The notes beneath the pieces are model-generated. The model had not been told where the DNA came from. It ran no database searches and was given only the letters and a program-made list of their open reading frames with translations. Made by a program: the position numbers and the translations under genes. A stretch of 64,000 bases of DNA, from assembly GCF_041956535.1 (NCBI RefSeq), contig NW_027192193.1:450235-514234 (forward strand). Direction: 5' to 3'. The DNA is from Calcarisporiella thermophila CBS 279.70 (Eukaryota > Fungi > Calcarisporiellomycota). Below are positions 12,541 to 26,500 of this stretch, piece after piece (positions within the stretch are counted from its first letter, which is position 1; each line of letters begins with the position of its first letter).

Positions 12541-14747
12541 ATGGATACAGATCCACAAGCGTTAAAAAATCATTCCTGGTCTGTCTTTGAAAAGCTACTG
12601 CTTGCTCAGGCTGTCTTTAGATGGGGTGGTGATGATTGGGCAACCATTGCGCAGGCCATGCGTGGGCACCCAATGGTGAAACGACCAGACGTTTTCACAC
12701 AACAAGTACATACAGTCTCTTTAAATTTGATTTAATTAAGTGAAATGTGTGTAGAAACTGATCGTTTTTTTTTTGTTAGACTTGCTCCCAAAAATACGCG
12801 AACCTCTTGGAAGAATTGGAGCGCAGTGAGGCAGAAAAGTAATACCACAACTTTTGATTTAAATATTACCTTAATTAACTTTTTTGATAAAGGAAAAACA
12901 AAAAAAAGAAACAGCTTCTGAAAATCCTGTTGTCAAAATTGCACGCAGGCTGTACTGGGAGCGAATTGCAGAACTCAAAAAAGCAATTAAGGAAGATGAA
13001 GAGCAATTTCGGTATGTTTATTATATAGTACACGGATATTGACAATATCAGATCAACTTAGAATTTGTAATTATTTCTAGTAAATTGGTTACTGAAATTG
13101 ACGAGATACGTTCGGGCAAGTGGGATGATCGCCTGCGCGAAGAGTTAAAGAAACGCGGAATAGATGAGATACATACTACGAGCGTTGCTCCAGATACAAT
13201 CAAATCAGAGAGTATGATTAATGATCAGGAAACTCCGGAAAACAATGAATTGGTTGCTACAGTAACCCAGGCAACCAGTATTGCAGAATCAACCACGGTG
13301 GAAAATAAGAGTGGACTTATGAATGAAGATGATATAACTCAACAATCTTCCGAGCATACCTTGAAAGCGGATACGAATACGGAGGAAACCGAACAAGAGA
13401 GAGAACAAGGAAAAGTACATGAATCGAAGCAAAGCGAGAAACAGATTCAAGAAGAAAAAAAAGGGCCAGAACAGAGAAATGAGAACGAGGATAAGGGCAT
13501 TAGGAGTATCGGGAAAGTACCTGAAGAAGCAGAGATATCGGAAGAATATTCAACACCGCATTCTATTGCTCCCGAAGAGACTAATTCATCTGCAACCAAA
13601 CCAGATGCACACCATGCTGCAACTGTTGCGCCCCTAAAGTCACATTCTCCAATAACTCCACCTCCCCCTAAATCATTGGATACGCATATTTTAAATACTA
13701 TGCCTGAGAAATCAGAGATAGGTGCTGTACCAAATATCCCACTAAAATCAGCCGGAGAAAATAACGATACAAACGATGGGGCGAAGATCAATGAAATTTC
13801 GGCAGGAGTAGAAGACATGCCAGTATCTAATAATGATCCAACATATTTGAGCAAGAAGCAGCGTGATACAGAGAAAGACGAAATTAAAAATTCACCCAAA
13901 TCTCCTGTAGTTGGTAAATCTTGCGAAGACGTGACCATGCGGATAGAAGAAGACGTGAAAATAAAAGAAGAACATAGAGATGAAACACCTATGTCAGAGG
14001 ATGAAGCTCAACTGCATACTTCTGAGATGGTAGCCCCTATAATGCAGAGAAAAGATGAGTTCCATTCCAAAGGGAAATCTGCCAATTCGGTAGTAGAGAG
14101 CGATACGGAAGGACGAACTCCAGAATTATCTGGTAACTAGGAGCCTTGAGCTAAAATGGATACCATGTATTATATATTTTATGCCATTTTTTCTATAGCT
14201 GATAGCCCAGGGCCTTCCTTTGAGCGCAAAAAAGATGACGAAAGACAGAAAACTTGGCTCAAATTAATTAATATGGTGTGGCGGGACATTGCGAATCATA
14301 AAAATGCTGCCGTATTCATGAACCCCATTAAGGAGCAGCAGGCACCTAACTACTATGAGATTGTAAAACGCCCCATAGATCTCAAATCCATTAAACAGCG
14401 TGTTCGGGATGGGGTATGAACAAAACAAGGCAATATTTTTAATTGTGATTATTAACTTGTTTAAATTATATTAGAAAATAACTACAACTGATGAGTTTCA
14501 CCGTGACGTTATGTTGATGTTTGCGAATGCTGCAATGTATAACAAAGAAGACTCGAATATATACAATCTTGCGCAGGAGATGAAGGAGGAAGTAGAGCAA
14601 ATTATACTTGCATTTAAGCGAACGGAAAATATTACGCAGAAGGATCAGAAAAGACGTGGGGAGACACCTCCCAGTGAGGCGGAGCTCGAGGATGCAGAAT
14701 CACCGTCGGAACATGAACCAAAACCAAAGAGGAAACGGCATGCATGA
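12541..14747 (+). CDS. BRD8-like SANT + bromodomain protein (NuA4/Tip60 subunit)
   Basis: N-terminal WSVFEKLLLAQAV..GGDDW SANT-like region; acidic linker; bromodomain IANHKNAAVFMNP..APNYYEIVKRPIDL..LMFANAAMYN. Confidence 0.85.
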
Positions 14748-15025
14748 TCTTTAGATAATGCTCCAAAATCTCACTGTGTATTTTTTCTCTCACTGCTTTT
14801 TAACTTTGTATAAACGATTTTTATCCCTGAAAGTAATGTTTGAGCAACATACATATGTTTGCTTCTTTATCCTAATGTATATAGTTGATTTTTTCTGAGT
14901 ATACTCTTAATACGACCAAAATGTCTTCTGATATGAATCAATAAGGATTATTATTAAGATAACTTCTCTTTATAATTAAAAGGAAATTTACATGAATATT
15001 CCTTGAGCATTCTAAATAGTTACAT

Positions 15026-15875
15026 TTATACTGAAGCACCGGGCTCCACAAAATAAATTCCTTCCACTGCAGAGAAAGTGGTATCTTTGCTACGGCTTTT
15101 CATGGCAGCAACCTCCAATTGCCCATGAATTGGATGACCGAACGTATATTTTTTATTCATCCCGAGATATGCACCTGTCTCGTCGTGCTTGAAATGAACA
15201 GATTGTTCACGATTCCATACAGTAGCCTTTTTCTCATTACATTCAAGCATCCAATTATCACCGGTATCCCCATTCTCAAACGCCGATACTTCTTGTTGAT
15301 GAGATAATGGTGACGCATGATCGCGGTGGGAATGGAGGAATTTTTGAGTGTTAAGATGTTCGAGTCGAATAATAGAATTACACGCTATCTCATCTCTAAA
15401 TATTAAAACATGAGATAATATGCTCGATGCAGTGCAATTAAATTATAATTACCCGATCTGACACGTCTCGCCGTGTTTTGCGCGTACTATCCAGAAACTG
15501 CTAGAATCGTGGGAAGAATCAAGACCTGTGACTGATTGTTGGCCACTTCCTGTCCCTAAAGTGGTATACTATTAGAACAAATGTAGAAATTAAAATTATC
15601 CGACAGCGTACCATAGTTAATTGAATGTGAATGGAGTTTGAAAGATGAAGAAGTATTTTTCAACTTAATGACGCTCCCACAAGTCACCTTTTCATATCCT
15701 ATTTAAAAAATTGAATAACGTAAAACTCTTTGATCTAGTAAAACTAAAATAAAAATGCAACAGAGTTGAAGAGAACAGTACCATCTTCAATATTAGGAAC
15801 ATCATCCTTCGATGCCGTTTGGGTGATTGTTAACGCTGTCAGTAAAAGGCCAAACAACGATGCTTTTTTGAGCAT
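15026..15875 (-). CDS. Stromal cell-derived factor 2 (SDF2)-like MIR-domain ER protein, 4 exons
   Basis: Signal peptide MLKKASLFGLLLTAL; VTCGSVIKL..KLHSHSINYG|TGSGQQSVTG, FLHSH..SPLSHQQEVSAF, GDTGDNW, EGIYF. Confidence 0.9.
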
Positions 15876-16051
15876 TTTATAAGCAATAGTCCCCTATTAT
15901 ATGTCGAGTTTAATAAAATAGTCGGAGAGGCTTAAAACATTTTAGTACTAATGGCTTAGATGGAATGCAGCTATTCCTAATATCGAATTAGCCTTTTTTC
16001 TTGTTCTGTTCGATTGAGAGAGCTCATTCCTCCGTTTAGAGAACAAAGGAA

Positions 16052-17494
16052 ATGTTGAAACGCTCTCACGTCAGGCTATTACTTGCATTTTGCCTGCTAC
16101 TTGCGATATTCCATTTCTCGCGGTTCTATCCATGGAGAAATCATTCAAAGGCTCAGTCTTCTAAAACACCAATTCCGAATTATATACCGGAATCGCAATT
16201 TTCTTCTTCATCTAATTCAACTCGGCGCGCAAAAGCTGCTTTCGTTATCCTTGCTCGTAATTCGGATATTTACGAACTAAGGTCAAGCCTGCGCCAGCTA
16301 GAAAACCGATTCAATAAAAAATTTCACTATCCATACGTGTTTCTTAATGACGAGCCCTTTAACGAGCAATTTATTGAATTGACCAAGGGTATTATAAGCG
16401 GAGAGGCAAAATATGGTGTGATTCCTAAAGAACATTGGAGCATTCCAACTTGGTATATATTTTCTCTTGAATGGGAGATTGAATGCAAAATTAATTCTAT
16501 TTAATTTTAAATTCAGGATTGATGAAGAAAAGGCTCGCCTAGCAAGAGAAGAGATGGAGAGAAAACAAGTAATTTATGGAGGAAGCTTGCCATATCGTCA
16601 TATGTGCAGGTATACTTTTTCTTTTTCATCTAATACAACTATTTTTAATGGAATTATTATTTAGGTTCAATTCGGGCTTCTTCTTCCAACATCCACTCTT
16701 GGATGAATACGATTTCTACTGGCGAGTTGAGCCTTCTGTCGATTTTTACTGTGATCTTGATTATGACCCCTTCCTCTTCATGCAGGACAATGACTTGAAA
16801 TACGGTAGAAAGTAGTTTAACACTGGGGATACATCATTTTACTAACACATTTCTATTATCTCCAGGCTTTACTATCTCATTGTACGAATTTGTGACAACC
16901 ATAGAAACGCTCTGGCCTACTACATTGGAATTCTTTGAAAAGAATCCTCAATATCTTTCAAAAGATAATCTTATGGACTTTATAAGCGACGATGGCGGCA
17001 AATCGTATAATCTATGCCACTTCTGGTCGAACTTTGAAATTGCGGATCTACGTTTCTGGCGCTCTGAGCCGTATATGCGCTACTTTGAATATCTTGATAA
17101 AAAAGGCGGCTTCTTTTATGAGAGATGGGGTGATGCGCCAGTTCATTCGATTGCTGCTGCCTTAATGTTGAATAAAAGTCAGATCCACTTCTTTGACGAT
17201 ATAGGGTAAGTACGATGTCCTTTCACTGGAGAGTATCCAGTCTAAACACTCCATTCTTTTTTCCAGGTACAAGCATCCTCCGTATTCACACTGCTCCCAG
17301 AAAAAGGAGGTCCAATTGAAATGTCATTGTGATCCTGCATCGAATTTTGGTAATAATGCCTGTTTAATTATATTAATTAAAAGAATACCTGTTTATGCTG
17401 TTATCCTATAGATTTCGATGGCTACTCCTGCGGTAAACGTTGGTTTGATCTTATGGAAAAATGGAAGATAAAACCTATAGCTCCACCTGCCTAA
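16052..17494 (+). CDS. GT15 alpha-1,2-mannosyltransferase (KRE2/KTR family)
   Basis: Type II TM anchor; [44 protein letters not shown]. Confidence 0.95.
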
Positions 17495-17675
17495 AATATT
17501 TTGCATTATTTGTGCATGTACACATTTCTCTGTCTCTCTTTATATATAAAAATATATTTGGGTTAAAAATAAACGCTGACTTTTTAAAATGTTATGTTTT
17601 GTTTAAATAATATCCTAATAAGAATGGGGATTGCTTCTTTTTCAAGGACTTTTATTATATGTGTGAAACAACTCC

Positions 17676-20148
17676 TCATAATTCTTCATGTTTATGTTCA
17701 TTGGCTTGGGGTTTCTCTTGAGATCGCTCCACTCCATTCTCTTGATGAGCCTGCTGATTAATAGTCTGTGCTTCAAGAGGACATGCAGCAGGGCTCATCA
17801 TTTTAATGAAATACTCGCATTTCTCTGGTTCAGTCACGGAGGTTATTTTGTTCTCCTTTCCGCACTCAATTGACACCTTGAAATTAAATATGTTATTAAA
17901 TGTAATTATAATGGGCGGGTATAATAAAATAGTTACTTTGACGCTACGCTCAGGCCCGTTCCAGCAGCGAGTGCCATGTTCGTAGAGCTGACCAGAATAG
18001 TACTCGAGCGTACCTTTCTCTCCAGATCCAGCCCATCTTTCAAAAGAACTACATCATATGAATCAGATTTTGCGTGTTCCATTAAAAAGAAGGAAGAAAA
18101 ATAGGTAAAATACCCAAGATGCGTCGAAGCGTAATCTCTATTAGATTTCTGAGTCGCACTGCCAAACAAACATACTGAGTATGTATACCTACAGTATGCA
18201 GATTAAATAAAGAAACTAATTTATCGCAAATTATCATAAAATACGTACTCTCCCGAATCGAACGATAAACACTCTCCATTTAATTTCGCCCATTCTTCTT
18301 CGGGACCATAATCTTTCTCTAATTCTGCCTTGTTTTCACTTATACGGCGTTCTACTTCACGAACTTTCTCATCAATCTTATCGAATTCTCTGCGAGCTGT
18401 ATCTGCGTCTATATAAAAGAAAAACTTAGTGCATTGGTTTACCAAAAAATAGAAGAATACGATAGTATTCTTCCAACCCTCATATGTCGAGGAGAGTCTA
18501 ATACCGTATCTAGTTACACCAATAAAACGAATGTGCAGCGATTGTTGAACACGCCTTGCCAATGAGCCAATAAATTCTTGGACTCTCGATGGCAAAATAA
18601 CGTTAAGCAAACGTGAAACAGATGATTTACCTTATTTTCGATAGAAAGATGGGGAAACATGTTTGAGAGTATGCAAGCAGATAGTAAATGCAAAGATTAG
18701 ATATCTAATATACCATGTGACAAATAATTTCAAAAAAAAGACAAAGAAAATAGCTTACCTCTTACGATCTCAGTTGTCTCCTCATCCATCTGACCGTTCT
18801 CTACAACTTCGACATTTGTAGTCTCAATTTTCTCAATCGCCTCATTAAATAATCCATCAAGTTCTTCATCAACGGTTTCACTTTCAACTTCATTTGCTTC
18901 CCCGCCGTCTCCAACAATCGTCTCCTCTTTTTCAAACTCTCGCTCAAATTCCTCTAGTGCCGTCACAGCTTCTTTCACAGCCATATCATGATAGTTCTGG
19001 TTATGATTTGCCTTTAAATCACGCAATACTTGGAGAAGTCTATCGACGTGCTCATCAAATTGATTCACTTTCTCTTGCAGTTTTTCAACTCGCTCACGCA
19101 CTTGGCTGCGAAGTGTAAAGAGAGTATCCCGTGCATTGGAAGAGCATTCTATGGGGCATTGAAGAGTTTTTTTGGCAGATTTCGATTTAGCTTCTTGCTC
19201 TTCCTTCTCCAATTTCTCTTTTTCAGCTGCAATAGTTCAGTTTCTTGGATTAATAAAAACTGCACAAATTATGTATAATATCCACTTAACTTACATTGGA
19301 CCTCGCCTAACCTCTCCTTGAGCACAATTATCTCTGCTTCAAGTTTAGCAAGTTCAATTTGGGCTTTTTTTTTCTTTTCTTTTCCAAACTTAATATACTC
19401 TCGTTTGATACGTGCGCCCTATAGGGTTAATATAAACCAAAGGCCAGTATTAAGATATTTGGAGATGGAGCATTTTTAGAGTAAATTCCGAACCTCTGAT
19501 TGAATTGCAGCAATTTGTCGCAGCATCTTTCTATGCTCTTTACCGACTTCTTTACAAAGGTTAGGGCATTGAATCTTGCCATCATACTCATCTGTGCCAT
19601 CACAGCACTCAGCATCTAGAAAGAGTTATGGTACAAATATCCGTAAAAATAGTATATGCGTAAGAAAGCATGCTTTTTATATTTTCATATACGAACCACA
19701 GACTCCATCATTGACACGGGACGAGCGAATATATGCAGGTATATGGCCTTCGTTAGCACAGTAAAATTTGCCATTTGGGCAAGCCGATGTTCCTACGTAA
19801 TATATAAGAATGCTAAACCAGTTCTTTATGGCCGAGGATATCACAATACCTACCAGGTTCGTCAGAACCGTCTGGGCAGTCACAGTAGTCATCATTAATA
19901 GCCGAGAAAGGAATTTTTTTTGAGCCATCTAAGCAAATAAACTGGCCATTTTTCTCTTGGTAGAGATGCAAATCTATATGATATACTCGAACAATTAGAT
20001 GAAAAAAAAAGAAATTCATCCGAAATATAAAGAGCAGCTTACTCTTTTTCTCGACACCAAGCAACCCCAATGAAGAGTTGGCCACAGTTTGACTAACTAA
20101 TAATAGTGTCGATAATATAGATATAAAGAGCACTGAGCTAACTGCCAT
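17676..20148 (-). CDS. GTB1: Glucosidase II beta subunit (GTB1/PRKCSH)
   Basis: Signal peptide; [35 protein letters not shown]; coiled coil; MRH domain ([20 protein letters not shown]); C-terminal HEEL ER-retention signal. Confidence 0.95.
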
Positions 20149-20488
20149 ATACGCCCACGATAAAAATGTCTGATTCTAGGTTGGTCGAGAATATCGAAAT
20201 ATAAATTGGCGAGCCTTTTACCGCGTTTCTCCATTTCCCTTGACTTTCTAAGCCATAAAAAGGCGCAGCATTTGAAGGAGTAAAGAGTTAGCAACTGATA
20301 TGGTCGAATATGTTCATTAATTGAGGATCTTTTGTTTTTAATAATTGACTTTTGTATTTCTCTTTTTTATATTTTCTTTTTGTCCATAATGATATAATCA
20401 TTTTCAGTTCTTCTTCTCTTCCTGCGTTGATATAGAGTTTGCATAGAATTTTATCTTGTCTTCAAAGTTCCGATCTCCACCCCTTACA

Positions 20489-23251
20489 ATGCCAAAATTA
20501 CCTATAGACAGCCATCCACCCTCCCGAAATGACAATGGATTGTCTGCAAATATCACAATAGAAAATGAAGATTGGTACGCGAATCGCAATTACGGAATTG
20601 TCATTGATGCAGGATCCTCAGGGTCGCGAGTCCAGGTATATTCATGGAAAAGTCACTCCCACGTTCAGAATACAGTCCCGCTTGAACAATTGCGATGGCA
20701 ACTGCCCGTTGTGCAGCGAGGTGACAAAGAAGGATTAAAATGGCAAACCAAGGTAGATAATGGTAAGGCATATATAATTTTTATTGTTTCAAGCCTTGCT
20801 TTATGTATTCTATTTTCGACTAAAATGGAATAATGTTTTTTCTTTTAAGGTATCTCTACGTATCAGCACAAGCCTGCTGATGTGGGAAAGCATCTGACAC
20901 CACTCCTAAATTTTGCGAAGGAAGTAGTTCCGGTTGAGAAGATCAAAGAAACTCCAGTTTATCTTTTTGCCACTGCTGGAATGCGCCTTCTTCCTACCGA
21001 AGATGCCCGATCAATTCTCGAGCATTCATGTAACTTTATTCGTGATCATTACGACTTTAAAATTGGGCAATGTGAAGAACATGTCAAAGTTATATCGGGA
21101 GAGAGGGAAGGTATTTATGGATGGCTAGCTGTCAATTATTTGATGGGTGGATTTGATGTGAATGAGAAGGATAATCCACCTACAAAAGATCATACCCACC
21201 CTTGGAAACCGACATTTGGCTTTTTGGATATGGGAGGCGCAAGTACACAGATCGCTTTTGAGCCCACAGTAGAAATCGCGATCGAACATAGTCATGACTT
21301 AACTAAGTTGTCATTGCCAACTTTGGGAGGGAAAGTGCTGGAATACAACGTTTTTGTTACTACCTTCTTAGGGTATGGGAGTAATGAAGCCCGGAGGCGA
21401 TATATTGAAGAATTGGTACGTATGCAAGCTTCTGCTGCAACTAAAGCTGGGAAAAATGGGATTTCAGCTCCGAAATTGGAGAACCATCTACTCTCACTTG
21501 AAGATCCATGCCTTCCATCAGATTTAATCCTTGAAGATACTCATACGAGTGTGCCTGTAAAGCTGCATGGCACCGGGCAATTCTCGGAGTGCCTCAAGAA
21601 CGTATTTCCACTGCTTAATAAAACGACGGAATGCGTCACGAAGCCCTGCCTATTTAATGGAGTGCATACACCACGAATTGACTTTTCAGTGAATCACTTT
21701 GTCGGTATCAGCGAATACTGGTATTCGTCGCACGACATTTTGGGTTTAGGTGGAGTTTATGATTTTGTAGAATACGAGCGTAAGGCGACAGAGTATTGCA
21801 GCACTCCGTGGAATAGAACCCTCTCAGATCACAGACATGAAGGAGACATCATTTCTTCATTTGAGCTACAACGTCTCGAACTACAATGCTTCAAATCGGC
21901 ATGGATCGTAAATGTATTACATGAAGGCATCGAGCTCCCTCGCATCGTTGACCCAGGAGGAAAAGGAAGTAAAAAAGAGGAATCGGCTGTACTCGAACAA
22001 AGTATTCAGTCTGTGCAAAATAAGGATTGGGTTCCTCCTTTTCAGAGCATCAACACTATCAATGATATTCAAGTGAGTTGGACACTTGGAGCAATTTTAA
22101 TGCATGCCACTCAATCGATTCCGCCAATCGATAAAGTATCCGAGCCGCATACGGTGGTACCTGAACCGGCATTTATACCCATTTCTAAAGACGAAGCCTC
22201 AACATATGACTATATTTCATATAACACAGTTGTGATAGTTGGAATTATACTATGTTGCCTTGGTGTTTGGTGGCTGATATCTCGGCGAAAAATGAAGCGC
22301 ATCCGCTCTGACTCTGGCTCCGATGTAATCTATTCAAGGTTGGAAACAGGCGCAGGAAGTGGAGGTCTAAGTGGGGGAGGACTCCGGATTAACCGCATGT
22401 TAAGGCCACTAGCTCTACTTGGAAGAAAGTTTTCCTCGCTACTATCATCGAGTCGCCTTTTCCCTAGTGGATGGTTTGGAAGTGGCTCGGTGTTGAGCAG
22501 CGGGCTATCGTCGGACGAAGATGTAGGAGTGTTCCCACTTGCATCCCGAGGTGTCTCTCCTGTTCCAAGTGGGGGTGGACGTTACGTAAGGCATGCAAAA
22601 AAGGGCTCCGATAATCCACCTATATCGTATAAGAAGAGGGCGAGCGGAGATAGCCGTAGCTCTATGATGGACATGCCTCCAATTGAAGTTATGGTGATGG
22701 ACTCTGGAATCGAGGAACTAAATACGGGAAATGGAAACACTAGCATAAGTAATGTCCCCACTGGAGGAGGGAATATTGCCCGCGTTCATAGTTTCACGAA
22801 TCTAGCGACGAGCGCTAGTTTAAGTTTAGGCAGCAGTGAACTCATAAGTCGTGCAAGTTCCAGTATGAGTTTAGCGGCTTCTCCGGATACGAACACCGGA
22901 GATGCCGGGATGGCAAATAGTGGCGGCACAACGGGACTCTATTATTCATCGAGACCTCCATCGCCCTCGCTTTCCATGCTGCTTCAGTCAAGGGGACAGT
23001 CCCGGCGCGCATTTTTGGTGGAGGATTCTGAAACTGGAAGTTCAAATGGGCCAGCAACTGTGCTTTCGCGAACATCATCCGACCATACAGGGCGACTATC
23101 GCCCTTTCCTGGCTCAGTCGGAGCCAGCAGTTTGTCCTCTACAATCCCAACGCGCACAAGCTTTGACATACCTGCTCGGCCAGGATCTCCACGGAGGACA
23201 AACATCAGTAGTCCCCGACTAGCGCCCAGATCGAGTTCTGAGAACCTATAA
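20489..23251 (+). CDS. YND1: GDA1/CD39-family Golgi apyrase, YND1-type (C-terminal TM)
   Basis: Apyrase motifs IDAGSSGSR, ATAGMR, EGIYGW, DMGGASTQ, SWTLG; TM helix VVIVGIILCCLGVWWL; one intron 20763-20849. Confidence 0.9.
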
Positions 23252-23579
23252 ACTTAAATTATTACTTTATTTCTTTGGTACTAGAGGAGCAGCATTTTTA
23301 TCAGGACTTCGCAATATATATTCTAGACATCCAAGGTCTGCCTTCCGACTATCCGTCGACACCCATTTCTCCTTAATTGATTCCCTTTTGTATTTTTTTT
23401 ATTTTATTTTTCTTCCCTATAAATGATTGCGGCATTAATTAGCAAAAATTTATTTTTAATGTTTTAATGAACAAAAGCATTATTATAAAAATAACAAATT
23501 AGTTGTATTAAGATAAAAATCGCTTCAAAATAAAAAAATTCAACTCCGAAATTAGAGGATCAAAGCATAACCAGTAAAT

Positions 23580-26500
23580 TTAGTAAATGTCATCATCTAT
23601 CACATCCCATCGCCCCAGACCAGTCCCAGAAAGGCGCTCGTTAGCACAACGCTCCCTTTCTTGCCAATACTCATGGGTATAAAACCATCCCATCTCCCCA
23701 GTGACATAGTCAAACTTGCGTTGGAACCATCGTGGCACATGTGGCGGTAGTAGAGGTGGTTGGTGCTCCCTCTCCCGTCTCTTGGCACGCTGTTTCTCCT
23801 CGAGTCGGTGCTTTTCTGCACTGGCTAGCTCAAAATCACCCATCTCCAGTGCTCGTTGATCCGGTCGGAATCGTGAATCGGTTGGGCAAATGAATGTCCG
23901 TAAAGTAGCTGGAAGTTCATTAAGCGTAGCTGCAAAGGGAGTAAGATTGAAAGCAATACGAGAATCAGGGTTTTTGCGCCATAAAAGGAGCAAAGGAGCA
24001 TCTTCATTTGTCTCGGGATATGGCTCCTCGACAAAAGTAGCATCCTCTTCCTCAGCCTTCTCTAAAAGATCTTCTGCATCCCCGAAAAGCGAAATACCTC
24101 CCCCAAACGATCCAGGAACCTGCACCTGGTCCTCATCGTCGGATTCATTCGCATGTTCTCTAATTCTCCTTGCCACAAGTTTATCATTCCATCTGCCAGC
24201 CAATTCCCACACTCCTTTCCCGTCTTTATCTTGCACGGTCCCTCGTACCTCGAATGCATCCCTTCCGCGCCACCCTCTTGCCTTGAAATTCAGTGTTGCC
24301 TTTTCGCCAGTTCTATGATTGACAATGGACATCTCTCCATAGTGATCAATCCACGGCTTCCCGACGATTAGGTTATGCACACAAGTGGTCGGTTTTCGCC
24401 AAGTATAGTGCTCGAGAATATTCTCTGATGGATCCTTGGCCGTGTCTGGTTCGATTAATTTGACCGGGACTTTGAGCTGCAGGTGAACAAGCCCTTGAGG
24501 CATGACTTCGAATGATTTACCCCAAAATTTGGATTTGACGTCAGTATCGGCAAAGAAGTTAAAGTTGGATGACTCGCAAAAACATGCACTAACGGGAGGA
24601 TGATGAGAGACTTGTTCGGCAATATAGCGGTAACCCTTATCCTCTCGAACATACTCGAACGTCTCGCCCTATGAATCGCTTAGTAATTTGAAAATAAAAG
24701 CGAAGATAAAAAGAAATGCTCTTACCAAAAGAGGATTGAAAGGCTTGACAACTCGGTCACTGGTACTCGCATAGTTGCTCATTGCAAATGTCGCCACGTA
24801 CATTAGGCGTTCTATGCTATGTTTTTCTCGAACCGCTCTATCGAGCAATTCGGAGTACTCCATATCCTCGCACAGTCTTTGTAGCATACTTGTGGGCTCG
24901 TTGAAGATTACCGGGATGCTCACGCGTGTTAGATCTTTACCGATAGCATTACGTAGGATAGAAAAGAGCGAGATATTGGGCTTCGGTGCATCTGGATCAA
25001 GTGGAAGCTGTGCACGAAAGTTTGAAGGATACCCACGTGCGGATTCGACTAGTAGTTTTAGATAGCGATCACTAGTAGGCTTTAGAATTCGCTGTGCCAG
25101 TGACCTATCTAAATTCTCTAATCGTTCGGTTTTGGCTGTATCAGTCACAGTAACATATGGAATATCGGAATGAGTATCAGAATTGAGCCTTGAATCCAAT
25201 ACTGTTGTTGAGGTCTCTTCTGTTTTTTCGCTGTCGACAACCTCCCTTGACTCTGCTTCTTCGGTTGGTATCGCTTGAGTATCTGATTTGAGCTTTGGTT
25301 CCAATACCACTGTTGAGGGTTCCTCTACTTTTTCACTGTCGACAATCTCCCTTAACCCTGTTTCTTCGTTCGGTATCGCCTGAGTATCATCCTTTGAGCT
25401 AGGTATTACAGAAATACTCTCTTTCTCTCTTTCTTTAATGTCTTTATCCTCTTTATCTTGCCCTAATCCCTCATCCTCTACTTTATTTTCTGCAATATTC
25501 TTTTGACCTGTCGGCTCGCTGTTTGCTATTTCATGTGCTTCATCTTGATCTCCTACCGCTCCTTTTACCTCCAGTGGCTCCACTTGGTCCGAGTGAGGTT
25601 TCATAATGGGGTCAGCATGTAATATCGGAGTATTGTCAGTGGGCTTATGTATTGCCAGAGCATTAACGGTGGTTTCCATAGAAATGTCTTTGGCTTTTTC
25701 AGTAGGGGCGACTTCGCTAATATTTAAGGCATTATTATCTTCCAATACATGCTCTTCCTTTTTAGACATCTCGCAATTATTTGATTGGAGTGTGTCCGAA
25801 GGTATTTTGACATTTTCCTTAAACTCCTTCTCGGCTATTTCCATCCTCTCTTCCTCCTTTCCGTTGCTCTCACTAGTAGATATTTTAAGTTCTTTGGATT
25901 CCTTGTTTAAGTCAGCATTCGTTTCTCCATTGGCTTGTCGCATGGCTGCACGCCATGCCTTTCTCTCCTCGACTGCTCGTAAGATTACCTGCTCCATCTG
26001 CTGCTGCTCCACCATCAAATCACGTAAGCTCTGTTCCCACATATCCTTTCTTTCAGATTCCAGCTCGTATTTGGCTCGCCAAAAGCGTTCGCGCTCTTCG
26101 GCCATGTGAATAGCATCATCCAGTAGCCAGCGTAGAGAGCCTAGAGCCGTGTGTAAGGTTTTTTGGGCATCATTCTGCGCTCCGCTGCTCGCGTTTTCCC
26201 CTTGATTTATAAAGAGTGAACGTATGAGTTGTTCGAGTGCTTCCAGCTGGGTATGAACCGATGTGATCGTAAGGGGGTAGGTCTCCTCGTGTGGAGGGGA
26301 ATTGATTTCTTCCTCCTCTTCCTCTTCTTCGTAATTCTCACCGGCTGTATCCGTGCCTCCAAAAGGTGATTGGCATTCACTTGTTGGTGATATAAACATT
26401 TCTTCGGTCCCAGTCGTACTCACCAGCGACTTCGATGCGGTTGTCAGACTTCGTGTCAGTCCTCCTTCACCTGCGATATTTCCAGTCGCACCGTCAGATG

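Noticed and set aside
20213-20221. GCCTTTTAC, identical to U5 snRNA loop I
   Set aside because: Only a 3-bp closing stem, no Sm site or 3' stem; lies within a bidirectional promoter.
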